Positions 7,942 through 16,798 of a DNA stretch of 32,000 nucleotides are shown here, one piece after another. Within the stretch, counting starts at the first letter, position 1; each line of letters begins with the position of its first letter. The translations under genes and the position numbers were made by a program. The notes below the pieces were generated by a model, which made no database searches, was not told the DNA's origin, and was given only the letters and a program-made list of their open reading frames with translations. The stretch comes from Haloquadratum walsbyi C23 (GTDB lineage: Archaea > Halobacteriota > Halobacteria > Halobacteriales > Haloferacaceae): contig NC_017459.1 of NCBI RefSeq assembly GCF_000237865.1, positions 180,001 through 212,000 of the forward strand, in the 5' to 3' direction.

Positions 7942-10256
7942 GTAGCGATAATGATCTCAATGGTGTTGCTGGCTACATGCAACATGCTAAGGAGCAAGCA
8001 CTTTCGAATGTTGAGAATATCGCTGAGGATATCGCTGCGGATACATTTCCGGAGGGCAAACTCTTCGAAATTGCACAGGCAATCGGTGACAAACGACTTG
8101 AAGAACTGAATGTTGCTGATACGACCTGTGGATATTGTGCAGTCGGTTGTCGATTTGACCTGTACTCTGATGGTGAGGAAATTCTGGCTGCTCGTCCGAC
8201 CGAAGATGAAGACGCCCCGATTAATGGCATCTCCACATGCGTGAAAGGAAAGTTCGGATACGACTTCATCAACTCTGATGATCGGCTTACCGCGCCGCTT
8301 GTCCGTGATGAGAGTGGACAATTCCGTGAAGCAACATGGGATGAAGCACTTTCACGTGTTGCTGATGGACTCGGTGAGATTCGTGACACCCACGGTGGCG
8401 AAGCATTATCAGTCATTGCATCCTCAAAGGCAACAAACGAAGAGAACTATCTGATGGGCAAGTTCGCCCGGCAGGTGCTCCAGACAAATAGTATTGATAA
8501 TTGTAACCGTCTCTGTCACTCCTCGACGGTTGCTGCACTTGGGCAGACGTATGGATATGGTGCAGCATCCATCAGCACTGATGATCTTGAGATTGCCGAT
8601 TGTATTCTCCTTACCGGTTCGAACACGACTGAAGCACACCCTGTCCTTGCAACACAGATCAAACAGAACGTTCGTGATGGGGCTGATCTGCTCGTCTTTG
8701 ATCCGCGTGAGATACAAATGGCTGAGTACGCCTCTCAGTATACGCAGGTTAAACCAGGGTATGATGCAGTGTGGATCAATGGTATCACTCGTTATATCAT
8801 CGAGCATGACCTCTATGATGAGACGTTCGTTGCAGAGCAGACGACTGGCTTTGAAGAGGTTAAAGACTCTGTCGAAGAGTTCACCCCTGACCGTGTTGAG
8901 AAGATTACCGGTGTTTCACACGATGAGATTGCCTCTGCGGCAGAAATGATTGCTGACGCTGATGGCTGTGTCTTCGGGTGGACACTTGGACTGACAGAGC
9001 ACTCACATGGAACTGAAAATGTTATTGCAATGGCAAATCTCGCAGCAATAACCGGAAATCTCGGTAAGCCTGGTGCGGGTGTCTCTCCATTCCGCGGACA
9101 AAATAACGTTCAAGGCGGCGGTGGTGACATGGGACCATTGCCAGATAATTTCCCTGGCTATCAAGATATCGCCGATGATGATGTCCGTGCCAAGTTTGAG
9201 GATGCCTGGGACTGTGAGATTGATCCTGAGTATGGCTACTATACGACACAGATGTTTCTCGAAGCTGCAGAAGACAACATCCGTGGCATGTATATCATTG
9301 GTGAAAACTCAGCACTGTCAGAACCCGGTGTGAATCATGCTGAGGATGTGCTTGAGAATCTTGACTTCCTCGTTGTTCAAGATCTCTTTGTAACTGAGAC
9401 TGCAAAATACGCCGACGTTGTCCTTCCAGCCTCATCATTCGTTGAGAAGACCGGGACATTCACCAATACTGACCGAACTGTCCAAATGGTAAATAAGGTG
9501 ATGGAGCCGAAGGGCGACTCCCGACCAGACTGGATTATCTTACAGGAACTCGCAAACAGAATGGGTCGTTCCTGGGACTATGATTCAACGGCTGAAGTCA
9601 TGGATGAAATAAATTCATTAACACCAATCTACGGTGGTGTCTCTCACGAACGAGTCAAAGAAAACGGTGGACTTCAATGGCCGTGCTGGGACATGGACCA
9701 TCCTGGCACTGTCCGGCTCTATGAAGATGAATTCAACACCGATAATGGAAAAGTAAATCTCAAAGGTGTTGGTTACAGCGAACCTGCAGAGACGCCAACT
9801 GAGGAATACCCACTGACACTGACGACAGGTCGTGTGCTGTATCAGTATCACACTGGAACCATGACTCATCGTGAGGAAGGCATCATGCAGTATAATCCAA
9901 GCGACTTTGTTGAAATTAATCCTGCAACAGCAGCAGGAATGGGTATTTCAGGCGGTGACCCTGTCCGAATCGAGTCGCGGCGTGGTGAGACGGTTGTTCC
10001 AGCACAAATAACCGATCGTGTCGGTCCTGAGAATGTCTTTGTCCCAATTCACTTCACTGAAAGCGCAATCAACAGATTGACCGATGAAGAGCATCTTGAC
10101 CCTACAGCAGCGACGCCAGAATACAAGGTGTCAGCCGTACGTGTTGAACCAGCAGACGCAGATGCGCTTGATGCTGACGTTGATACTGGGCAGGAGGCAA
10201 TGAGTCAATCACTCAGTAGCGATGACCGAACAAGCATGAGTACAGGAGACGACTGA
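7938..10256 (+). CDS. fdhA: Formate dehydrogenase alpha subunit, Mo-bisPGD catalytic part (Cys-type, not Sec)
   Basis: Has the N-terminal 4Fe-4S motif TTCGYCAVGC...C.KG and the active-site motif NRLCHSSTV (Cys codon TGT at 8514-8516 followed by His). There is molybdopterin oxidoreductase-like sequence throughout and a C-terminal beta-barrel region. The ATG at 7938 forms an ATGA overlap with the upstream stop codon. The ORF track starts at the GTG at 7932. Confidence 0.9.
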   Translation: MSSDNDLNGVAGYMQHAKEQALSNVENIAEDIAADTFPEGKLFEIAQAIGDKRLEELNVADTTCGYCAVGCRFDLYSDGEEILAARPTEDEDAPINGISTCVKGKFGYDFINSDDRLTAPLVRDESGQFREATWDEALSRVADGLGEIRDTHGGEALSVIASSKATNEENYLMGKFARQVLQTNSIDNCNRLCHSSTVAALGQTYGYGAASISTDDLEIADCILLTGSNTTEAHPVLATQIKQNVRDGADLLVFDPREIQMAEYASQYTQVKPGYDAVWINGITRYIIEHDLYDETFVAEQTTGFEEVKDSVEEFTPDRVEKITGVSHDEIASAAEMIADADGCVFGWTLGLTEHSHGTENVIAMANLAAITGNLGKPGAGVSPFRGQNNVQGGGGDMGPLPDNFPGYQDIADDDVRAKFEDAWDCEIDPEYGYYTTQMFLEAAEDNIRGMYIIGENSALSEPGVNHAEDVLENLDFLVVQDLFVTETAKYADVVLPASSFVEKTGTFTNTDRTVQMVNKVMEPKGDSRPDWIILQELANRMGRSWDYDSTAEVMDEINSLTPIYGGVSHERVKENGGLQWPCWDMDHPGTVRLYEDEFNTDNGKVNLKGVGYSEPAETPTEEYPLTLTTGRVLYQYHTGTMTHREEGIMQYNPSDFVEINPATAAGMGISGGDPVRIESRRGETVVPAQITDRVGPENVFVPIHFTESAINRLTDEEHLDPTAATPEYKVSAVRVEPADADALDADVDTGQEAMSQSLSSDDRTSMSTGDD

Positions 10257-10258
10257 CG

Positions 10259-11047
10259 ATGGCAAAACCAGCCGACGAATATCCTAATTCGGCAACGAAT
10301 GGCACACAGGAGGCCATCACCAATGGTAGCATCAATCTTCATGCAGATGATGATACAAGCAGCCAGGAGGCACTCGACACCGATGGTGCAGCAGCACTTA
10401 CTGCAGCCATTGACGCACATGGTGAGGACCTCGCAGCCGCAATCGAGCGTACTGATGAATTAAATGATGCGCTTACCACAGCAATAATTGTTCTTGCGAC
10501 CGCTGATGAAGAAGAGCTTGAATATGTCACGAACTCAGCGGCAAATCTTATTCAAGCGGCTGATGGACTCTCCACAGAGGGGTCTGCAGCACTGGCGACA
10601 GAACTTGGAAAGAACGCAGACGACCTCTCAGAATCACTCGATACTGTCGTTACGCTACAGCGTGATGGACATCTTGATGATCTTGCGATGATTGCAACTG
10701 CCTTCGCTAATTCATTATCATCAAATGAGGTCGAAGAGCTATCAGCGATACTCGAAGATAACGGCACAGAGGTTGTCGAGGCGCTTGATCTCGTTCTTGA
10801 ACTTCAACGAGAGGGGCAACTAGAGGAACTCCTTGATCTTGCAAAAACGCTCTCAGTGTTGGAAATTGATGAGGATACTGCACGCGGATTGAACCAGCTT
10901 CTACAAAGTGTTAGTGAAGCCCAGCGAGAATCAGAACCAGTTGGATTATTCGGTGTTCTTGGTCACCTTCGAGGGTCTCGTGCACGTGCTGGGATCGGGT
11001 ACTTCATCAGCATTCTTAAATCACAGGGACGACGACTTCAAGAGTAA
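10259..11047 (+). CDS. DUF1641-like accessory protein (very acidic, internally repeated)
   Basis: 262 aa, starting 2 nt after the fdhA stop codon. It carries repeated segments LDTVVTLQRDGHLDDLAMIATAF / LDLVLELQREGQLEELLDLAKTL and a C-terminal GLFGVLGHLRGSRARAGIGYFISILKSQG. This resembles DUF1641 proteins found next to fdhA-type genes. The assignment is from memory, not from an HMM search. Confidence 0.65.
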   Translation: MAKPADEYPNSATNGTQEAITNGSINLHADDDTSSQEALDTDGAAALTAAIDAHGEDLAAAIERTDELNDALTTAIIVLATADEEELEYVTNSAANLIQAADGLSTEGSAALATELGKNADDLSESLDTVVTLQRDGHLDDLAMIATAFANSLSSNEVEELSAILEDNGTEVVEALDLVLELQREGQLEELLDLAKTLSVLEIDEDTARGLNQLLQSVSEAQRESEPVGLFGVLGHLRGSRARAGIGYFISILKSQGRRLQE

Positions 11048-11157
11048 TCAAGAATTAGCCATTCTGAATCTGCGCACAGTCTCAATATATTGTATTTCAA
11101 CCATCAGTTGTATATCACAACTATAATTCATCAATATACGACTATACCTGCCACACC

Positions 11158-13245
11158 ATGACCAATAACGCATCAGATAATTCTGCGACCATTTGCCCAC
11201 GTTGCGGCGTTGGTTGTCGGCTCCGCCGTCGAGAGGACACATCCAGGACAGGTCGTGCAAAAGGAGTTAATGGTCCAGCGAATCCAAATGGTCGGCTTTG
11301 TCGCCGGGGGATTAATGCATTTGATTTTAGCCTTGATGATCCAGAGACAGCAGCCAAGACGGGTGTTGATAATCCTGAGACGGGTCGATTGATACATCCC
11401 CGATGTGCACTTCCTGAGACAGAACCAACTGATAACACGGACTCAACTCATATGCGCCGTATCTCATGGCAGACTGCATATGAAACTATCTGCGACCGAT
11501 TTAGCGCAGTTCGTGAGATACATGGTCCAGATGCGCTTGCATTTCTTGGCGCACCTCATTGCACAAATGAAGAGAATTATTTGCTTCAAAAGCTGGCACG
11601 AACACTTGGAACGAATAATATCGACAATCGCGCACGTCACTGTCATCGTGAGACAACACGAACACTTGCCAGTCGCCTTGGATATCCAGCAACATCGACA
11701 AGCCTCGATGAAATACTCGACGCGGATGTTATCATAGCCGCTGGTGCAAATCCAGCCGATCGACAACCGATTGCATTTAATAGTTTTATTCGGCCGGCTG
11801 TCTCGGAGGGTACAACACTCATTCATATTGACCCTGTTGGAAATGAAACGACTCGACTTGCAGATATCCATCTTGCTCCTCGACCGGGTTATGATGCTGC
11901 TGTTTTCGATCTACTGAGCACGATAATAGTCGAACAGGGTGGTATTGATGAGACATTTCTTTCTGAGCGAACTCGAAATGCTGAGCGGTTTCAACAGTCT
12001 TTGATGACGCTTGATGCTGATGATGCACGTGTTGCCGCAGATATCGACGCTGAATCACTCCACTGTGTTGCACAGGCGATTATTGATGCAGATCATGTAA
12101 TTGCGCTCACCGGTACTGGTGTCGATGAAAGCGGTCATACTGAGACCAACCAGCCGGACCCTAATGCGCCAGCAGCGTTGATACATCTTCTTGGACTCAC
12201 TGGAAATCTTGGCTGTTCCGGATCTGGTGTGATTGTCCTCCGTGGTCTTATCAATGAACAGGGAGCGACGGATACCGGCTGTGTGCCGGACCGCCTTCCT
12301 GGAAACCAATCAATTCAAAATCCTGAAGCTCGTGCTCGCGTTGGTGATGTCTGGGGTATTGACCCCCCATCGACCCCGGGGACGTCTGCAACGGCATTAC
12401 TCGATGGATTTGGTAATGATATTCATGCAGCACTTGTCGTCGGTGAAAATCCAGCACTGTCAAAACGCGACCCAAGCTGGGTCAAAGATCAACTGAATTC
12501 CCTTGACACGCTAGTTGTTATTGACCCACTATGGAGCACAACCGCTGAACATGCAGATGTGGTTCTGCCAGCAGCGACAGGTGTCGAGAAACGCGGAACA
12601 GTCACAAATCTTGAACGCCGCGTTCAACGCCTCACACAGACACAAGCACCACCAGGGCAGGCTCGTACTGACTTTCGAATTCTCTCTGACCTTGGTCGTC
12701 GGCTCATTGGCGAGACATTTGATTATCAAAATATCGAGGCAGTGTTTACTGAGTTGACACAAGTAAGCCCACCACATGCAGGTATTTCGTATACAGATGT
12801 TGGTGTCGATGGACAACAATGGCCATTCCATACGGATAGTCGTCTATACGACAAAGAGTTTCTGACTTCGGATGGGAAAATGTCATTCGGTACCGTTCAA
12901 CCAATTCCTGTGGTCACAGATGATTCTGCGCAAACATTTACACTTTTAACAAATGGTCGGACAAGTGAAGTATATGGAGAAACTGAAAAAGAAAATCCCC
13001 AAGTCCAACTCCATCCTACAGACGCGAAGAAGCATGATCTCACGGATGGGATGATTGTCACTATCGAAAACGCTGATGCTGCGGTGGAGGCAACAGTGAC
13101 AATTGAGACGAACGTTCGCCAGGGAACACTCTCAATCGCAGCCGTTGCTGCTGATTCACTCATCCGTGCTGAAACAGGTGATTCGGTGGTCACAATTGCG
13201 TCATCTTCACACTCAGATGATGTAGATACAACTAATCAATCATAG
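11158..13245 (+). CDS. Second molybdopterin oxidoreductase, formate dehydrogenase alpha-like paralog (catalytic part only)
   Basis: 695 aa. It has the 4Fe-4S motif C-x2-C-x3-C-x27-C (ICPRCGVGC...GRLCRRG) and an FDH-type Cys-His motif NRARHCHRETT (TGT CAT at 11641-11646). Other matches are EENYLLQKLAR and GENPALS. Confidence 0.85.
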   Translation: MTNNASDNSATICPRCGVGCRLRRREDTSRTGRAKGVNGPANPNGRLCRRGINAFDFSLDDPETAAKTGVDNPETGRLIHPRCALPETEPTDNTDSTHMRRISWQTAYETICDRFSAVREIHGPDALAFLGAPHCTNEENYLLQKLARTLGTNNIDNRARHCHRETTRTLASRLGYPATSTSLDEILDADVIIAAGANPADRQPIAFNSFIRPAVSEGTTLIHIDPVGNETTRLADIHLAPRPGYDAAVFDLLSTIIVEQGGIDETFLSERTRNAERFQQSLMTLDADDARVAADIDAESLHCVAQAIIDADHVIALTGTGVDESGHTETNQPDPNAPAALIHLLGLTGNLGCSGSGVIVLRGLINEQGATDTGCVPDRLPGNQSIQNPEARARVGDVWGIDPPSTPGTSATALLDGFGNDIHAALVVGENPALSKRDPSWVKDQLNSLDTLVVIDPLWSTTAEHADVVLPAATGVEKRGTVTNLERRVQRLTQTQAPPGQARTDFRILSDLGRRLIGETFDYQNIEAVFTELTQVSPPHAGISYTDVGVDGQQWPFHTDSRLYDKEFLTSDGKMSFGTVQPIPVVTDDSAQTFTLLTNGRTSEVYGETEKENPQVQLHPTDAKKHDLTDGMIVTIENADAAVEATVTIETNVRQGTLSIAAVAADSLIRAETGDSVVTIASSSHSDDVDTTNQS

Positions 13246-13372
13246 GCAATGAATTGTTTAGGATCTATCTTGAGGCGGGTATCTTAATCGCAGCTCAGAC
13301 CCTCCGCTAGGCTGGCAGGCAGTGTGGAAGAGATTGCAGAAACTTCGCATGTGGGCAGAGGGATACGATCTT

Positions 13373-13406
13373 GATGCTGAATGAGCAACTCTCATTCAGC
13401 AGCATC
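13373..13406. other. Strong hairpin in a convergent intergenic region
   Basis: gctgaatgag (13376-13385) pairs perfectly with ctcattcagc (13391-13400) across the loop caact. The stem extends through gat/atc with a 3-nt bulge. There is no flanking T-tract. Confidence 0.6.
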
Positions 13407-13643
13407 TCCTGCAGGTCAATCTATCTCTCGATAGTTCCATCGGTAGGTTTCTCGCCGTTATTTTGTTTCGCGTGCTGTTGATCCTAAGAAATGAATTTTC
13501 TGATCGCTTACTTCTTTTCAGGTCTCAATGAATTGACCTTACCTGTTGAGACTGAATTATGAGCAAGGGATAGCCCTTCAGGGGTGGAGGATGTCAAAGC
13601 AATAGTGTTCTTATCAGTATAGCCGATAGAGCTGATAGCTGTG

Positions 13644-13922
13644 TTATTCGTTCGCGTTGAATCCTGAGGAAGCGCTACTGGTATTACTGTCATTGTTAGT
13701 GCTCTCATCTCCATCTTCGGTACCAGTTGATGATTCCGATTCGGCTGATGATGGTGAGCGATGACCAAACGGTCGTGGTCCTTCATCCGTCTCGCCCTCG
13801 TAATCTGGTTCCTCGCTTAGCCACGCTTCGTGACACTCCGGACAGTAGTTACCGTGGTAGTTTCCTCCACGAACAAACTCTTCTCCGCAGTTCACACAGG
13901 TGACGTGCGTCCGAGTCATCAT
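13644..13922 (-). CDS. Small CPxCG-related zinc-finger protein with an acidic Ser/Thr/Asn-rich tail
   Basis: The motif TCVNCGEEF-x-YCPECHEAW gives C-x2-C-x14-C-x2-C. The ORF track extends it to a GTG at 13943. I prefer the ATG at 13922 or 13919 (MMTRTHVTC...). Confidence 0.7.
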   Translation of the reverse strand: MMTRTHVTCVNCGEEFVRGGNYHGNYCPECHEAWLSEEPDYEGETDEGPRPFGHRSPSSAESESSTGTEDGDESTNNDSNTSSASSGFNANE

Positions 13923-13960
13923 ATAATACCATGTGGTGAACACTCATACGTTCGTCGCCG

Positions 13961-13969
13961 GTTTATATC
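13961..13969. promoter_or_regulatory. TATA-like element GTTTATATC / GATATAAAC shared by divergent genes
   Basis: It lies between the minus-strand zinc-finger gene and the plus-strand 14000 ORF, about 20-45 nt from the candidate start codons on each side. Confidence 0.3.
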
Positions 13970-13999
13970 GAACACTGTCGACAGCGTATTGTTTTTCGA

Positions 14000-14647
14000 T
14001 TGTATATTACCACTGTGGATGAGACACTCTATGCTGCTGCCGTGTTATTCAATGCTGGCGAATATCGCCCTGCGCAGACTGCATGTCACCTAATATATCA
14101 ACAGGAAGATCTTTCAACTGATGATCAGACCGTGTGTATGGCTTTCAAGGAATCAGCAACAGCGATTGATAATGCAGAAACCCACAATTGGGTCTCAGCA
14201 GCAACAGCCGCGAGTAATGCAAGCACAAAACTCGCTGCGATAAGAACTTCACAGCCATCAATCGTTCATAATCAGCTTTGTGAGTACATTTCGACGCTCA
14301 GTAGTGACCCTGTGGTCATTGAGCGCCGCCGCGTTCCCTCATGGTACATTGATACAGAACGACCGACAGTAGCAACGCTTCGATTTGATGCAATCGGTTA
14401 TGCAGCCTCCGCGATTGCATCTCATCTTGAAGATGTTGATACTGATATTATTGCTGATGCAATCCAGTATGGTCATGACGAAGTTGGGACTAACTCTCGG
14501 ACACATACCGAATCAGATGGGTTCATTGGAACACTTTCTGTGTTCGTTCGTGATTCCGACCACCGTCGGCTAATCTATGATCGACTGTATAACCATGTTG
14601 AACGGCGACGACAGCGTGAACAGGATATAGATGGGTTGTTTGATTGA
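14000..14647 (+). CDS. Hypothetical protein with a DUF309-like N-terminus
   Basis: 215 aa and acidic. The N-terminal LYAAAVLFNAGEYRPAQTACHLIY resembles the DUF309 LFN..eyw.aHE motif. The start is uncertain: TTG at 14000 or GTG at 14015, with no in-frame ATG nearby. Confidence 0.55.
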   Translation: MYITTVDETLYAAAVLFNAGEYRPAQTACHLIYQQEDLSTDDQTVCMAFKESATAIDNAETHNWVSAATAASNASTKLAAIRTSQPSIVHNQLCEYISTLSSDPVVIERRRVPSWYIDTERPTVATLRFDAIGYAASAIASHLEDVDTDIIADAIQYGHDEVGTNSRTHTESDGFIGTLSVFVRDSDHRRLIYDRLYNHVERRRQREQDIDGLFD

Positions 14648-14779
14648 TATTTTTTCTCTCCTGAGAGGGACGCTATCTTTATATAATAACTCCTACGATG
14701 AGATCAAGCAACATATGATAAAAGACACTCATTACTAGCGGGCATATCAACAAAAAGAGGGTATCTATCGGTATCACAT

Positions 14780-15571
14780 CTATTCTCCCTTTTTTACTAT
14801 CCGTTCTTTACCTTGCCACTCCGCGGAATTATCCTGTGGGTTATATCCAAGTGTCTCCTTTGCATGTGCAATCGAGTAGTACTTCCGGTCATTGTCAGAG
14901 ATCCCATAAATAATTTCGAATTCATACTCTGCGTCAATGCACCGCGAGAATAAATGCGCACAATCTCGATATGAGAGCCACATCGCTTGCCCTCGCTCAT
15001 AGTCGATAGGTGGATGACCCTCAGTCAGATTCCCGATACGGACATTTGCAACGGCAATTCCATGGTTATCATGATAATATCGCCCAATAATCTCTCCAGT
15101 TGCCTTGCTCACCCCATAGAGATTACTTGGTCGTGGGAGCTCTCTTCCATCAAGACGATATGTATCATCGCTACGGTACATTGCTGGTGTTCGTTCGTTT
15201 GTTTCATATGATCCAACAGCGTGGTTTGATGAAGCAAATATAAACCGATCAACATCAGCGTTGACCGCAGCCTCATACACAGCCTGTGTTCCATTGATAT
15301 TATTCTCTAAGACGCTTTTCCATGGTGCTTCAGGGCGTGGATCACCTGCAAGATGAATAACTGCTTTGCATCCTTCAATTGCATTAATAAGCGCATTTGT
15401 GTCTGTAACATCGGATATAAATACATCGTCAGCAGCAACTCTTGAGGGGCGGCGATCCCGCGGGACGGGTTCGCGGTCAAACAACCGCCATGCAAAATCT
15501 TCACCAGCGTGACGTAAAATTGCCTCACCGACCCGCCCACTAGCTCCCGTCAACAAAACCGGCTCGTCCAT
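14780..15571 (-). CDS. NAD-dependent epimerase/dehydratase family SDR (uronate dehydrogenase-like)
   Basis: 263 aa. It has LLTGASGRVGEAI (a glycine-rich Rossmann motif), SSNHAVG and the catalytic YGVSK. The overall layout resembles uronate dehydrogenases. Confidence 0.85.
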   Translation of the reverse strand: MDEPVLLTGASGRVGEAILRHAGEDFAWRLFDREPVPRDRRPSRVAADDVFISDVTDTNALINAIEGCKAVIHLAGDPRPEAPWKSVLENNINGTQAVYEAAVNADVDRFIFASSNHAVGSYETNERTPAMYRSDDTYRLDGRELPRPSNLYGVSKATGEIIGRYYHDNHGIAVANVRIGNLTEGHPPIDYERGQAMWLSYRDCAHLFSRCIDAEYEFEIIYGISDNDRKYYSIAHAKETLGYNPQDNSAEWQGKERIVKKGE

Positions 15572-15686
15572 TCATCTCTTATTGAGACAGGCGTGGCTAA
15601 GAAATCCTCGGTTCGAATCCTCTTGAGTCTCTAAGACTCATAGCGATAGCAACAAGCATCATTATATCCAATACTAACTCACGTAC

Positions 15687-16082
15687 ATGACCGCGGAGGA
15701 CAAACATATGCAGACTACTGCAGCAACGACCGCCGAGGAAGCATGTTTTGAAGCCGGTATCAAATTCGGCACACTCTATCATCAGTTCGCTGGAACTCCT
15801 GTGAGCCCAGCCAGTGCATCGACTCTTGAAGATGCGATTGCAGATGCAATCGAAAATCAACCACACTGTGAGGCTGTCAGCGTTACTGTGAGGACTGACC
15901 GTCTTGAAACTGCGCTTGCTGAACAGTCCGCCGAGTACACTGAATTGACTGGAAAGTTCCTTGATGTAACAATGCAGATTGAATATAACCGCTGTCGGGT
16001 GCAAACGCAGATGACAATGCATGGTGATTATCCACTCATGGAGATTGTTGCCGTTGAGTCACCCACAGATGATTCATCCTGA
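15687..16082 (+). CDS. Archaeal dihydroneopterin aldolase (MptD)-family-like small protein
   Basis: 131 aa. The motif FEAGIKFGTLYHQFAGTPVS matches my recollection of the archaeal MptD-family core. An alternative start is the ATG at 15708. Confidence 0.55.
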   Translation: MTAEDKHMQTTAATTAEEACFEAGIKFGTLYHQFAGTPVSPASASTLEDAIADAIENQPHCEAVSVTVRTDRLETALAEQSAEYTELTGKFLDVTMQIEYNRCRVQTQMTMHGDYPLMEIVAVESPTDDSS

Positions 16083-16173
16083 CAGCAAAACCAAATTCAT
16101 CATATAATTCGGTGTCATATTCACTTTCGCACTCGGACATGTCTTTATAAATCTTGGCGTCTAATCCAGGCGT

Positions 16174-16581
16174 ATGAGCAGTCAAAGTACGCTTAGCGAC
16201 GATGACTTATTTGGCGAAGCAGCAGAAGAAATGCGTGAAGAGGTTGAGGCTCATCTTGATAACGCTCATGCAGCACTCCCAGATGCCGCCTCAATGTGGC
16301 AGACTAATGCCGATAATGTGCTTGGAGCGCTCAATGGACTTCGCTCAGCGCTTGATGCAGGCGATGCTGAAGAGCACCTTCGACAGGCGAAAAAGACCTT
16401 TGTTGTCGGGACTCGTGCAGATGCCTTTGATGACCCTGATGAACTTCGCTCGGAGGTTGAGTCAGTTGAAGAATTACTTTCATCGATTAATACGGCCGAC
16501 GAGCTTGCCAGTGAGTTGACAACAACAGTACCACAATTGCATGATCAACTCCCAGAAGCCGATGAAGAAAGTGACGAATGA
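16174..16581 (+). CDS. Highly acidic conserved-hypothetical-type protein
   Basis: 135-aa ORF with haloarchaeal-style acidic composition and predicted helical character. It has an ATG start and no recognisable motif. Confidence 0.65.
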   Translation: MSSQSTLSDDDLFGEAAEEMREEVEAHLDNAHAALPDAASMWQTNADNVLGALNGLRSALDAGDAEEHLRQAKKTFVVGTRADAFDDPDELRSEVESVEELLSSINTADELASELTTTVPQLHDQLPEADEESDE

Positions 16582-16798
16582 TATCATACAGACATAATGA
16601 TGTCATCGAGCACACTCACAACATGCTTGTGTGTTTCTAAATTTTATCATCATTTACATTTAATAATCACCTTCATTACCTCATATCGTACGTACTGATA
16701 CATTTATTCAGCAAAGTGCAATATATGGCACTCTCTGTGTATGTCATAACAAATAGCACGCACTTGAAAATAATAGCGTCAGTTACTATATGGTCGAT

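Noticed and set aside
7932-8520. Selenocysteine or a frameshift in fdhA
   Set aside because: The active-site codon is TGT (Cys, 8514-8516) and there is no in-frame TGA. The split between the Fe-S and Mo parts has an ATGA overlap with both ORFs intact, so I do not call it a pseudogene.
13300-13330. A GGCTGG..GCAGTGTG word shared between 13311-13327 and about 21642-21655, and GCCTCTGG shared between about 21636 and 25691
   Set aside because: The matches are only 8-14 nt with gaps, which is within chance expectation for a 32-kb window.
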